Source: an uncultured Methanobacterium sp.
Lineage (GTDB): Archaea > Methanobacteriota > Methanobacteria > Methanobacteriales > Methanobacteriaceae
Length of the DNA: 64,000 nucleotides
Direction: 5' to 3'
Assembly (NCBI RefSeq): GCF_963665055.2
Contig: NZ_CAXXRN010000003.1
Span: 10,326 to 74,325, forward strand
Shown: positions 1 to 13,461 of the stretch, piece after piece
Position numbering within the stretch: position 1 is the stretch's first letter
How the letters are laid out: every line of letters begins with the position of its first letter
Made by a program: the position numbers and the translations under genes
Notes under the pieces: model-generated
Databases searched by the model: none
What the model was told of the DNA's origin: nothing
The model's input: the letters and a program-made list of their open reading frames with translations, nothing else

Positions 1-940
1 CGCTTTCTTTGAGTTCACGGGCTACCAGAAGGTCACCCACGCGGGTAGCTTTCACTGTCCCCCCACACTCCTCGGCTATGTCATAAATTGCAGTTGAGGT
101 GGCCACGGTGGTTACTATGAGTCCTCCCTGATTTTCCTGCAGTAACTGTTTTTCCACCAAGGCGAATGTTTTATCCCCCATTACAAAGCTACCATTTTCG
201 TCAATGCAGATGGTACGATCGGCATCCCCATCATGGGCAATTCCCAGATCTGCCCCAGTGGCTTTCACTGTTTTTATGAGTTCCTGAAGGTTATCTTCTG
301 TTGGTTCCGGGTTTCTCCCTGGGAAGTGACCATCAGGCTGACAGTTTAAAGTGGTTATTTCACATCCCAGTTTGCGGAGAATGTATGGAGTGGTGGAACA
401 GGCAGCTCCACTACCACAATCTACTATCACCTTGAGATTGGCTTTTTTAATGGCATCATGGTCCACACGCTGTATCACTTCATCAATGTATTCATCAACC
501 AGACCAGGATTGGTAATTACCTCACCAATTTCATCCCAGGCCACCCTATCTGGGTTTTCGTTGAAGTACATATCCTCGATCTTAAGTTCCATGTCTTCAG
601 CAATACCAATTCCATCTTCATCCACGAATTTTATCCCGTTGTACTGTGGAGGGTTGTGGGATGCGGTGATTATAACTCCACCATCGTAGTAGTTCCTTAC
701 TGCATATTGAACTGCAGGTGTGGGTAGTATTCCCAGATCAACCACTTGACATCCTGATGAAAGGAGTCCTGATATCACTGCGTGTTTTATTAATGGAGTG
801 GATGTTCTGGGGTCCCCCCCAACAGCAACCCATCCTTTAACCAGTGTTCCGTATGCTGCGGCCAGTTTTGATGCGAATTCTGGTGTTAATACTTCATTGG
901 CAATTCTTCTAACCCCAAATGTTCCGAATAACTTTTTCAT
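1..940 (-). CDS. glmM: Phosphoglucosamine mutase / phosphomannomutase (alpha-D-phosphohexomutase); 3' end lies outside the window
   Basis: Not in ORF track (runs off the edge). Manual minus-strand translation from ATG 940: MKKLFGTFGVRRIANE..., catalytic ITASHNPPQYNG and metal-binding HDGDADR motifs. Substrate (GlmM vs PMM/PGM) not resolvable. Confidence 0.88.
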   Translation of the reverse strand, partial: MKKLFGTFGVRRIANEVLTPEFASKLAAAYGTLVKGWVAVGGDPRTSTPLIKHAVISGLLSSGCQVVDLGILPTPAVQYAVRNYYDGGVIITASHNPPQYNGIKFVDEDGIGIAEDMELKIEDMYFNENPDRVAWDEIGEVITNPGLVDEYIDEVIQRVDHDAIKKANLKVIVDCGSGAACSTTPYILRKLGCEITTLNCQPDGHFPGRNPEPTEDNLQELIKTVKATGADLGIAHDGDADRTICIDENGSFVMGDKTFALVEKQLLQENQGGLIVTTVATSTAIYDIAEECGGTVKATRVGDLLVARELKES

Positions 941-1258
941 AAGAGCACTTCCTTAAATTTTCATGTGAAACTGTTTGAATACAATTCAATAAGGCAACTT
1001 CAATAATACAAATGAATTTAATTACCTGATTAATTTTAAATATGGTCTTATTAATATGGTTTTAATTATAATATGGTCTTAAATCCGTATTTTTATTAAT
1101 GTAAAATCTGCTTTAAACTGTTGCTTAGATGGGTATTAGCAATAGATTTATCTAACGTAACTACTCCCATAGATTATTTAACATAATTACTCCATTTAAG
1201 AGGATTACCTAAATAGGTACCCCATTTAAGGAGGGAATTAATTAACATAACTACTCAT

Positions 1259-2725
1259 CTAAATATTTACCCTCCAAACTTTATAATCTTTGTTCTGGTA
1301 AACCAGGGTGAAATAACCAGGATGAGATATTGGGGACTGTTCTACAAAGTATCCAATATTATCCCTTTTAACATCTTCTTTTGTGAAATTTCCACTGTAG
1401 TAAAGGTTTCGATCAAGGACTTTAACCATACCCGGCTGGTAACCCCCTGTGGAAACTGGCTGCCTGGATACCGAGACAATCACCGGATCAATGCCTTCAG
1501 TGAGGGACATGACCACACTCTTACCATCCCCATTATCCGCAAACCACTGGGCTAAATCTCTTTGAGAGTCAGTGACCATTGGTTTTACAGATAGGGCGTA
1601 GAATAATCCTGAAAAAACTGCAGAGATGATTAAAATGATAATTAGAACTTTGTATATTTTTTCGTAGCTTGGTTTGGTACTGCAGGTGTGGATGTATTCC
1701 AAGCCCAGTGCAGCCATTATCATCACTGGAAAGACTGCAAAATTCAGTATTCGATCTATGAGTATGGAAAATCCCAAAATATACGCATTGCTTAATATTA
1801 ACAGGAATAAAGTCCAAGTAATTATTAAAATATCTTTTCGGGACAATTTTTCAGCCCATCTTTTCATACTATTTTCTTTGAATCCTTTAATCCGAATAAT
1901 TAACCATAAAACAGCAAATATCAGGGCTGGAACTCCCAATGTCTTGGCCAGAATGATTAAATATTCAACCGGACCCTGAAGAACTGCTTGAGGGTTGTGG
2001 AAAGTGTATCCATACTGGATCAATAGGGGAACCCACCATAAAGCAGCCACTATGAGGGTAAATCCCAGGAATATTCCTAATGAGGAGTAATCCACCTCAT
2101 CCTTTCGCAGTTTGAGGGATAATGTGAAAAGCAGTACCACCCCTAACATTATTAATCCGGTTAAGTTATGGGTTAACATCATTAATCCGCCGATAATACC
2201 CCCTAAAACCGCAAATATATGACCATCGCCTTCCAGTGCACAGTAGTAAAAGTAAACCGCCAGGGGGAAGAAGATTAAGGCCAGGGTTTCAGGTAATGGT
2301 AGCATAGCCCGGTGGAATACTGATGTGAAAAACAGGAAAAATCCAGCCAGTAAGGCCACTCTTAAGTTGTAAAACTGGCGGGCAACATAGGTGAATGATA
2401 AAACCAGGGAAAATGCAAAAACTGGTTGAAGATACCTGGCTATCTGGAAGGGATCAACTTTCAAAAGGGCCGCCAATGCCGCAAGGAGGTAATGGAATAG
2501 AGGAGGATAGAATATTGGCCTGCCAAATGGGGCATAGGTTAAAGGGTCCCAGAATGTTAGTCCCTGTTCCATGTAAAGTTTGGCCAGGTGAACATGGTAA
2601 TATATATCCCAGCTTAAGGGCCACTGGTACTTTAAAGTGGGAATAAGAGCAATGATGAATGCCAGAATGGCAGGAATCAGAAGTAACAGAACAGACTTAT
2701 TTTTAGTTATTTTTTCATATTCCAT
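1259..2725 (-). CDS. Polytopic membrane protein, GT-C / STT3-like glycosyltransferase fold (paralog A)
   Basis: About 12 hydrophobic segments; first loop WPLSWDIYYHVHLAK...PFGRPIFYPPLF resembles the GT-C D-x-Y-Y-H loop; soluble C-terminal domain; paralog of 4756..6192. ATG 2725 preferred (AGGTG upstream) over track GTG 2731. Confidence 0.6.
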   Translation of the reverse strand: MEYEKITKNKSVLLLLIPAILAFIIALIPTLKYQWPLSWDIYYHVHLAKLYMEQGLTFWDPLTYAPFGRPIFYPPLFHYLLAALAALLKVDPFQIARYLQPVFAFSLVLSFTYVARQFYNLRVALLAGFFLFFTSVFHRAMLPLPETLALIFFPLAVYFYYCALEGDGHIFAVLGGIIGGLMMLTHNLTGLIMLGVVLLFTLSLKLRKDEVDYSSLGIFLGFTLIVAALWWVPLLIQYGYTFHNPQAVLQGPVEYLIILAKTLGVPALIFAVLWLIIRIKGFKENSMKRWAEKLSRKDILIITWTLFLLILSNAYILGFSILIDRILNFAVFPVMIMAALGLEYIHTCSTKPSYEKIYKVLIIILIISAVFSGLFYALSVKPMVTDSQRDLAQWFADNGDGKSVVMSLTEGIDPVIVSVSRQPVSTGGYQPGMVKVLDRNLYYSGNFTKEDVKRDNIGYFVEQSPISHPGYFTLVYQNKDYKVWRVNI

Positions 2726-2893
2726 TAGCACACCTGTGAGGATGATGAATATTAAATAGTAAAGTAAACTTTAGAGAGTATTTAATTGGAAGTTATTGAT
2801 TTAAACATAAATAACTTAGGTCAGGATTAATTTAAAAATAATTTTATTAACACTCATTATAAAAGATAATAAAAAGAATTAAAGGTACCAGAT

Positions 2894-4327
2894 ATGACTA
2901 CCAATTCACCTCAATCTCCTCCACAGCCCAACCGTAAAAAACTCTTTTTAATTGTTTTAGGTTTAATCGTGATTATTAGTGTAACCTGTTTATTTTTAAC
3001 CTATCTTAATACTCCAGGATACGCCCAAATGCCTGAAATTCATAGTAATGATAGAATCCTGGTTTTTGCTCCCCATCCAGATGATGAATCACTTGCTGCG
3101 GGAGGTTTGATTAAAAGAGCCAGAGATTTGAATGCCACTGTTATGGTGGTGGTGATGACTGACGGGAGCAGTGCAGCCACACCAGATGAACTATCTCAGT
3201 ATCTTGAAAAAAACAATAAAAGCAATTCCACTGGAATTGCGGAATTAAGATACCAGGAAACTACCAGTGCCCTGAGTAAATTGGGGGTTAATAACAGTAA
3301 CATCATTTTTCTGGGTTATCCTGATACTGGCCTCAGATCTCTGTTTGAGGATTACTGGGATCCTGATAAACCATATCAAAGCAACACACCCTTCAATCAT
3401 TTCGATCATTCTCCTTACAATTTCACCTATCAACCAAATGCCACTTACACTGGATCGAATGTTGCGGAAAACTTGAAACAGATAATGACTGATTTTAAAC
3501 CCACAATTATAATTGCTCCAGACGGATTGGATGAACATCATGACCACTGGGCCACCAATGCATTTGTAATGTATTCTGCAGCTGCAACCAACTTCAAAGG
3601 AACTGTCTATACCTACCTGGTTCACAAAGGAGGGACTAAATGGCCTTCACCTCCAAACTATCAGCCTTCTCTCAATTTAACACCTCCTCAGGAACTTCAG
3701 AACCAGAATATTAACTGGATAGAGACCCCATTAACTTCGGATGAAGAAAAAGCAAAAGAAGAAGCCTTAAACTCCTATGGGCTTCCCCTTTCCCTCACCA
3801 AGGGTTATTTGAAATCTTTCATCAGAACTAATGAACTTTTCATTATTCCCCAAACAGTTAACGCCCAAATAATCAGTGCTACGAATTTTACAAAGACAGG
3901 AATGCCTTCATCTTCATTTGAAGATGTACGGTATGATTATAATACCAAAACCCTTAAAACTTCTGATGAAATGAGTTCAGTGGGAGTAACACGTGATAAT
4001 GAAAACTGTTACATTGTAATAAACTCCACTCACCAAATTAATGGTGAACTTATTTACCAGTACCATTTCCGATTACTGGAAAATGGACAGTTCAAACGTT
4101 TGGATGTTAAAGTTCAAAATGGTACTGCAGTCTATGAAAAAAAATCGGTTAACAGCCTCCAGCCTGAAAATAATGCCACAGTTGAAGTCCAGGGCAACAT
4201 GTTGGTGTTAAAGCTCCCCCTGAATATTTTTAAGAATGTATCCTTTTTGATGATGAACACCGATGTCAATGATAAAAATGGGCAGTTGATGGACCTATCT
4301 TCCTGGAGAGAGCTTAAAGTAACCTGA
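2894..4327 (+). CDS. Membrane-anchored PIG-L/LmbE family deacetylase
   Basis: VFAPHPDDE motif, RYQE, LGYPD, HHDH zinc motif; single N-terminal TM after RKK; many N-x-S/T sequons. Confidence 0.88.
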   Translation: MTTNSPQSPPQPNRKKLFLIVLGLIVIISVTCLFLTYLNTPGYAQMPEIHSNDRILVFAPHPDDESLAAGGLIKRARDLNATVMVVVMTDGSSAATPDELSQYLEKNNKSNSTGIAELRYQETTSALSKLGVNNSNIIFLGYPDTGLRSLFEDYWDPDKPYQSNTPFNHFDHSPYNFTYQPNATYTGSNVAENLKQIMTDFKPTIIIAPDGLDEHHDHWATNAFVMYSAAATNFKGTVYTYLVHKGGTKWPSPPNYQPSLNLTPPQELQNQNINWIETPLTSDEEKAKEEALNSYGLPLSLTKGYLKSFIRTNELFIIPQTVNAQIISATNFTKTGMPSSSFEDVRYDYNTKTLKTSDEMSSVGVTRDNENCYIVINSTHQINGELIYQYHFRLLENGQFKRLDVKVQNGTAVYEKKSVNSLQPENNATVEVQGNMLVLKLPLNIFKNVSFLMMNTDVNDKNGQLMDLSSWRELKVT

Positions 4328-4490
4328 AATATCTAACGTGAACAGAACACCTAAAGTGACCCTCATATCTATTTAGTTGATATCTGTATCTTTAGATCAA
4401 TATTATGAGCATATTAATGATTAAAATTGCTTAAATATAAAAATTAATGCTATATTATGCCCAAAAATATGGAAATTATTGGCAATAGGG

Positions 4491-4732
4491 AGATTACTAA
4501 ATAGGCAGATTACTAAATAGGCAGATTACTAAATAGGCAGATTACTAAATAAGCAGATTACTAAATAAGCAGATTACTAAAGGGAAATTACTAAATAGGC
4601 AGATTACTAAAGGGAGATTACTAAAGGGAGATTACTAAAGGGAGATTACTAAAGGGAGATTACTAAAGGGAGATTACTAAAGGGAGATTACTAAAGGGAG
4701 ATTACTAAAGGGAGATTACTAATGGGAGATTA
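4491..4732. repeat. Intergenic tandem repeat: 16 copies of AGATTACTAA core (one variant) with 6-nt ATA(G/A)GC or 4-nt AGGG spacers (16- and 14-bp units), plus a degenerate last copy
   Basis: Read directly from the sequence; lies between two convergent genes. Confidence 0.97.
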
Positions 4733-4755
4733 AAGTTTAATCTCCTTAAATCCCG

Positions 4756-6192
4756 TTATTTGTTGAAAGTGAATATTTGATAATAGCTGTTTTTATATGC
4801 CAGTGTAGTATACGGTGGAGCATTCATACCTGAAGGGAGAACCACATATCCTACATTATCGTTTATGTAATCAGATTGATTCATCCCACCATCAGCATAC
4901 TTCTGAATATCAAGGGTATGTACTATTCCCTGACCATAACCCCCTGTTGCTACTGGTTGTCTGCTTATAGCTACTATAAACGGATCTCTAAAGTTATAGG
5001 CTACTACCACGCTCTTTTTATCTCCGTTTTCCTGGAACCATTCGGCAATGTCCAGTTCACCATCCGAGGCCCTTAACCATAAAAAACCACTATCAACATC
5101 AGCCAGCATGGAATATCCGATCATAACCGATGATACATATACACAGGCAATGAAAATACCATAAAATTTTTGGGAGATGTTTTTTTCGGCAATTACAGTT
5201 TTTAAGTAGTTAACTCCAACCCCGGCCATAACCACCAGTGGGAAAAGGGCAAATGTTAAAAAACGATTACTTAGGATGGGTATTCCCAGGTAATTCAGGT
5301 TGCTAACCAGTAAAATAGATATTAAAGAGATTAATATCAGGATATCCTGCCTGGATCTCCTTTTAATCATTCCAATAGCACCTAAAAATGCGAACAGGAG
5401 TGTTAAAACACCGAAAAATTTAGGGTAACTTAACAAGCTCACCATATATGGAGAATCTCCACCAGAATTGAAAACAAGACCATATTTAAGTAGTAATGGT
5501 GCCCACCAGATAGATGCCACCAGGAGCGTGGAAACCAGGAAGACCAGCCAGTATTTTAAAATCGATTTATCCTTTAAACTGATTAAAATAGCGTAAATAG
5601 ATGTTACCAAAACAAGAAAAGAAGCTGATAACATGTGGGTTAAAAATACCACCCCTGCAATGATACCGGATATTGAAGCATATTTATAGCTCTTATTTTT
5701 AGTGCAAAGATAAAATCCATAAATTACCAGGGGAAACAGTATGAGAGCCAGGTTTTCCGGGCCAGGTAGAATAAATCTCTGGAAAACAACACTGAAAAAT
5801 ATAAAGAATCCTGCGGTAACCCCTACCAAGACACTTTCGTAAAGTTTGTATGCTACATAAGCAAAGGATAAAAATAAGAACAGAGTTAGTACCGGTTGTA
5901 AAACCCTGGCTGCCGTGAACATGTCCCCAAAGATAAGGCCCACTGAAAGCAGTAACAAATGAAAAACAGGGGGATAAAAAATAGGGCGCCCGTATGGTGC
6001 TGATGTTAAGGGATCCCAGTAAACCAGTCCCTGTTCCATGTAAAGTTTAGCCAGATGGACATGATAAAAAATATCTCCACCCAATGGCCACTGATACTTT
6101 AGGGTGGGAATCAGTGCTATGAAAAATGCGGCTAAAGCCGGGATCAATAGTAATAAAACAGGTTTTTCTCGTAAGATTTGAGGATAGTTCAT
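4756..6192 (-). CDS. Polytopic membrane protein, GT-C / STT3-like glycosyltransferase fold (paralog B)
   Basis: WPLGGDIFYHVHLAKLYMEQG...PYGRPIFYPPVF; same architecture as 1259..2725. Confidence 0.6.
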   Translation of the reverse strand: MNYPQILREKPVLLLLIPALAAFFIALIPTLKYQWPLGGDIFYHVHLAKLYMEQGLVYWDPLTSAPYGRPIFYPPVFHLLLLSVGLIFGDMFTAARVLQPVLTLFLFLSFAYVAYKLYESVLVGVTAGFFIFFSVVFQRFILPGPENLALILFPLVIYGFYLCTKNKSYKYASISGIIAGVVFLTHMLSASFLVLVTSIYAILISLKDKSILKYWLVFLVSTLLVASIWWAPLLLKYGLVFNSGGDSPYMVSLLSYPKFFGVLTLLFAFLGAIGMIKRRSRQDILILISLISILLVSNLNYLGIPILSNRFLTFALFPLVVMAGVGVNYLKTVIAEKNISQKFYGIFIACVYVSSVMIGYSMLADVDSGFLWLRASDGELDIAEWFQENGDKKSVVVAYNFRDPFIVAISRQPVATGGYGQGIVHTLDIQKYADGGMNQSDYINDNVGYVVLPSGMNAPPYTTLAYKNSYYQIFTFNK

Positions 6193-6311
6193 TGGGACAC
6201 CATGACTTTATATTGAATGAAAATATTTAAATTTATAATATAATATTATTGCTGACTTTGTTAATTTCAATAAAGACTTGTTAATTACCATTAATGATTA
6301 AGGATATTTAA

Positions 6312-6989
6312 ATGAGAATCATAACTATTATTCCTGCTTACAACGAAGAAAACACTATAGCCCATGTGGTTAACGGTGTTAAAAAATATTCGGATGTTCT
6401 AGTTGTAGATGACGGATCCACTGATGAGACATCCGCACTTGCAATAAATGCAAAATCAAATGTTTTAAAACATAAAAAAAACATTGGTAAAGGTGCGGCT
6501 ATTAAAACTGGACTTAAAAGTGCCATTTCAGATGATTACGATCTCATGGTTCTTCTGGATGGTGATTGTCAACATGACCCCCGGTGCATACCCCTCCTCC
6601 TGGATGGAATGGAAGGTGTTGATCTGTTAATCGGTTCCCGTTTCCTGAACATGCCCCCACAACACATGCCCCTGCAGCGCCGTCTTTCCAATGGAATAAC
6701 CACCCGGCTGATAAGATTTGTGACTGGTTACCACATCACAGATAGTCAGTGCGGTTTCAGAGTAATATCCAAAAAGGCAGCCCCATTTTTTGTTGATATA
6801 CCCTACAATGATTATGTTTATGAATCAGAAGTACTTTGTCGGGCTTCAGAAAATGATCTGGTAGTGTCTGAAAGACCCATACAGTGCATTTATGGTAATG
6901 AAAAGTCTTATGTGCGCGCAAGACATGTTGTGCATTATGTGATGTTCACCCTGCGCCTTTTAGTGCGCAAATTACTGCGGAGGATTTGA
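6312..6989 (+). CDS. Glycosyltransferase family 2, polyprenol-phosphate glycosyltransferase (DPM1-like)
   Basis: IIPAYNEE, VVDDGSTD, NIGKGAA, LDGDCQHDP, GSRF, DSQCGFR motifs. Confidence 0.92.
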   Translation: MRIITIIPAYNEENTIAHVVNGVKKYSDVLVVDDGSTDETSALAINAKSNVLKHKKNIGKGAAIKTGLKSAISDDYDLMVLLDGDCQHDPRCIPLLLDGMEGVDLLIGSRFLNMPPQHMPLQRRLSNGITTRLIRFVTGYHITDSQCGFRVISKKAAPFFVDIPYNDYVYESEVLCRASENDLVVSERPIQCIYGNEKSYVRARHVVHYVMFTLRLLVRKLLRRI

Positions 6990-7999
6990 ATTTGAAAAGG
7001 TACTATGTTTTCCTGGTAAGTATCCTGTTACTGGCACTTCTAATAATCTGGATTGGCCCCCAGAAAATGTGGGAAGTTATTAAAACAGCCAATCCATGGT
7101 TAATACTACTAGCAGTCGGGGTACATCTTTTTGTGGTTTGGATCCGCTCACTACGTTGGGGTTACATCATAAATCAACCCTGGGAATTCAAGAAAAACTT
7201 CATTGTCAAGACCATCGGACTTTTTGCAGGTAACTTCACCCCTATGCGCAGCGGAGGGGAGGTTTTAAATGCTGTTGCTGGTAAAAAAATCAATGGAATA
7301 AGCCTTTCAGAAGGTTTATCAGCAGGTTTGACCGAAAGATTCTTCGATGGAGCAATAGGGGCAATTTTATTATTGATATGTGCTTGTTTACTTCCAAAGG
7401 TAAGAATAATAGCAATTATGGGAGGTTTAGCTTCTTTTGGACTTTTAGCTGTTGTTTACCTGATAAACTGGAGAGAAGATACCAGTATCTGGATTTATAA
7501 TCGTGTTCATTTCATAGTGCGATTTTTACCCATCTCTGAAGAAGTGGTGGAGAACTTATATAATAAATTCACCCAAGGGCTGCGCAGCATGATCGAGTAC
7601 ACTAAAACATTCAGCAGTTTCAAGAATCTGACTGTGGTCTTCGTGTTAACTGCTGCCAGCTGGCTTCTGGAATGTGTCCGTTTGTACATTGTTTTTGCTG
7701 CTTTCAATGTTAAAATTAACTTCGTGGCCATTATCATCATCTTCCTCCTGGCCAACATCATCGGAATATTATCTGCCCTACCAGGAGGTATTGGTTCCAT
7801 TGAACTGTCACTCACCGGATTATTCGTGATTTTCGGAGTTCCCAGTGCAGTGGGCGGAAGTATAGCTATGGTGGATCGTTTAGCATCCTTCTGGGTCGTC
7901 AGTGCCCTGGGAATAATATTTGCATCCTACTATGCCAAGGATATTTTGGATGAGATCAAAGGATACACCATTGGTTTGAAGTCTTCTAAACAGGATTAA
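6986..7999 (+). CDS. UPF0104 / lysylphosphatidylglycerol-synthase TM family, flippase-like
   Basis: RSLRW, NFTPMRSGGE, ERFFD, LPGGIGSIE motifs; TTG start overlaps the GT2 stop (TTGA). Confidence 0.85.
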   Translation: MNLKRYYVFLVSILLLALLIIWIGPQKMWEVIKTANPWLILLAVGVHLFVVWIRSLRWGYIINQPWEFKKNFIVKTIGLFAGNFTPMRSGGEVLNAVAGKKINGISLSEGLSAGLTERFFDGAIGAILLLICACLLPKVRIIAIMGGLASFGLLAVVYLINWREDTSIWIYNRVHFIVRFLPISEEVVENLYNKFTQGLRSMIEYTKTFSSFKNLTVVFVLTAASWLLECVRLYIVFAAFNVKINFVAIIIIFLLANIIGILSALPGGIGSIELSLTGLFVIFGVPSAVGGSIAMVDRLASFWVVSALGIIFASYYAKDILDEIKGYTIGLKSSKQD

Positions 8000-8091
8000 A
8001 CTAAAAAATATTATTTCAAACAATAAATTCCTGATAAATAAATTCATTTCAACATAAATTCCCCTGATTAAATAAATCAGGGGCCTGTTTT

Positions 8092-8484
8092 TCATACTAC
8101 TATCTTTAATGAGCTGGCATCCTTGAGCACAACTTCCAGGCTACCCTGATATTCTGTGACTTTTCCATCAATTTTTACACGCCGGTTAATAAAGTTTTGA
8201 GGAGTAATATTGGTTTTCTGGATTTCAGATGCCACACTATCGAATATAACCACCTTTGTTTTTCCAGTTCCATCCATCAAATCCAGGAAATAGGTTCCTC
8301 CCTTCTGGGATTGACTGACACCAGTCACCAGACCCTCAACTGAAACTTCTTTATCAAGCATTCCTCGATTCATATCTTTAATCTGGACTGTTTGGGGCAT
8401 TACATAATTGGCAGAGATTATCATTCCCACCAACCCAAAAATAGCAGTGAATAAAGCCAGCCTGAAGATTTTCTTGTCCTCCAT
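8092..8484 (-). CDS. Membrane-anchored OB-fold protein
   Basis: N-terminal TM followed by OB-fold pattern VSVEGLV...YFLDLMDGTG...VKIDGKVTEYQGSLEV. Confidence 0.75.
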   Translation of the reverse strand: MEDKKIFRLALFTAIFGLVGMIISANYVMPQTVQIKDMNRGMLDKEVSVEGLVTGVSQSQKGGTYFLDLMDGTGKTKVVIFDSVASEIQKTNITPQNFINRRVKIDGKVTEYQGSLEVVLKDASSLKIVV

Positions 8485-8806
8485 CACAACCACAGTATTA
8501 CTATTATGGGTTATTATTAATAAGTAATTGGATTATGACCTTTACCGTGAACAGAGATTGAATAGATGACCAAAAATTAGTGGGTGACCAGAAATTAATA
8601 AATCAAAGATTAAAATGAGTACCAGAGATTAAAAATGGGTGACCAGAGATTAAATAGACAATATTAACAAGAAAATTGGCCCATGCAAAGGATAAAATCA
8701 GTTTACTTTAGAGAATTAAAAAAAATAAGATTGAAACTTCATTAGTATCTGAAGTTTCTAATTTTGCATAATTTCTATTTTGCATAATATTTAACTGGCA
8801 TATATT

Positions 8807-10480
<1,674 letters not shown>

Positions 10481-10853
10481 TGAAATATCACCCTCAAACT
10501 CACTCAACTGTTTTCAACATGTGTAAACTTTTTACTCAGATAAAAATTATTAAGCCAATGTTATTTAAATTTACAATTTTTTTCAGGAGATTTTTTAATA
10601 AATAATTCCCGGATATTCTAGATGTATCAATACACTTGAGTTTCTGTTGAAGAATTTCATTATAGCAGTACAGATAAATTCCATTAGAATAAATTCATGA
10701 GCAGAGTTAGAAGTCCTTAAAAAGATCCAGAATACCCCATATAGAAATTTAGAGCAGATATAACGAGATTTAAAATAAAAGTTATAGAGAATCCAAAAAA
10801 ACCTAAATGAACTCATCTCTAAATGAACTCTCTAAACTAAAACAATTTATATG

Positions 10854-12272
<1,419 letters not shown>

Positions 12273-12606
12273 AACATCCCACAGAGTATTATTTATTAAG
12301 ATTTCAGATATTATTGGTATAGATCAATCACATTTATAGTTATTTTTAATTTACCAATGACTCTTTTTTTATTTTTATAAAACTAAATTTACATTTTTAA
12401 AATAAAAAGATTTGGGACAAAAATGCCCAAAAAGGGTTTTTTTGGTTGAGATTTGGCGGGAAACAAGCAAAAATTGATGAAAATCTTTTTAATTAATTAA
12501 AAATTAGGAAAAATTCGTATTAGTATGGAAAATTTGTGGATAGTAAAAAGTAGTTAGAAAAAATAGGGAATAGTTAGAAAAAATAGGGGAAAAAATAAAC
12601 CCTGAA

Positions 12607-13461
12607 TTATTTTTCTATGGCCAGGATCTTTTCATGCAGTTCCAGTGCTCCCACTTTAACTGGAGTAGACTTCTGGAAGTAATGATCAAATAACCGGTTA
12701 CCCCATGAAATAGCTTCTTCACCATGACTGATTAAAGAAATATTCAGATCATAAGCTCCGTCAGCTGAAAAAAGACCCAGGGCAATGAAGTTGTCCCCGG
12801 TGGTCAGGGAGATCTTCACATCTTCATCTGTTTCCATTAGTTGCAGTTTACCATTACTGATCCATTTTTCCAGTTTTTCTTTCCCGACATTTTCCACTAA
12901 TTTATCAATGATTCCTTCCGTCATGATAAGCTCAACTTTACCATCCTTTTCCAGAGTTTCCAGGAAAATTTTGATACTTGATGGGTTATAAACCGAGGTG
13001 AGTTGTTTAAAGTTTTTACTTTTAGATAAGAATTCTGATAAAACTTCCTGTGGCCTCATGATATTGGTGCTGGTAGATTTCACTATAACTGATTTTTCCA
13101 GACAACCTATGTCTTTGAAAAGTTCTGGGGGAATACAGCTGATATCATGGTTTAAGAACAGACCTTCACATAGATTCAGGGAATAGAAAGACCTCATAAC
13201 ATCAATTAATTTGTTAGCCACAACTTCTCCAGTCTGTGATAGAGAGTAGTGTCCGGATTCTCGGAAAATGAAATTTTTCTGTTCCAGTTGATTCATTCCA
13301 TGTAGAATAGTAGATGAACTTAGATGGATCTCCTTACGTAAATCCGCTAAATTCTTAGATCCACTTATTAAACTAATTAATATCTTAGCCCGCACATCTG
13401 AGGCTATAAAAAACTTCATATCATCTTTAACTTGCTCGTAGAGTTCAAACATGTAGTCCAT
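12607..13461 (-). CDS. Winged-helix transcriptional regulator with DUF1724-type C-terminal domain
   Basis: ASDVRAKIL...LSSSTILHGMNQLE wHTH; LGLFSADGAYD and WGNRLFDHY C-terminal motifs. Start at MDYM (13461) inferred. Confidence 0.75.
   Translation of the reverse strand: MDYMFELYEQVKDDMKFFIASDVRAKILISLISGSKNLADLRKEIHLSSSTILHGMNQLEQKNFIFRESGHYSLSQTGEVVANKLIDVMRSFYSLNLCEGLFLNHDISCIPPELFKDIGCLEKSVIVKSTSTNIMRPQEVLSEFLSKSKNFKQLTSVYNPSSIKIFLETLEKDGKVELIMTEGIIDKLVENVGKEKLEKWISNGKLQLMETDEDVKISLTTGDNFIALGLFSADGAYDLNISLISHGEEAISWGNRLFDHYFQKSTPVKVGALELHEKILAIEK

Noticed and set aside
351-727. Plus-strand ORFs of 112 and 89 aa
   Set aside because: Antisense shadows of the phosphohexomutase gene.
4491-4732. 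CRISPR array
   Set aside because: Units are 14-16 bp with no unique spacers, and no cas genes are present.
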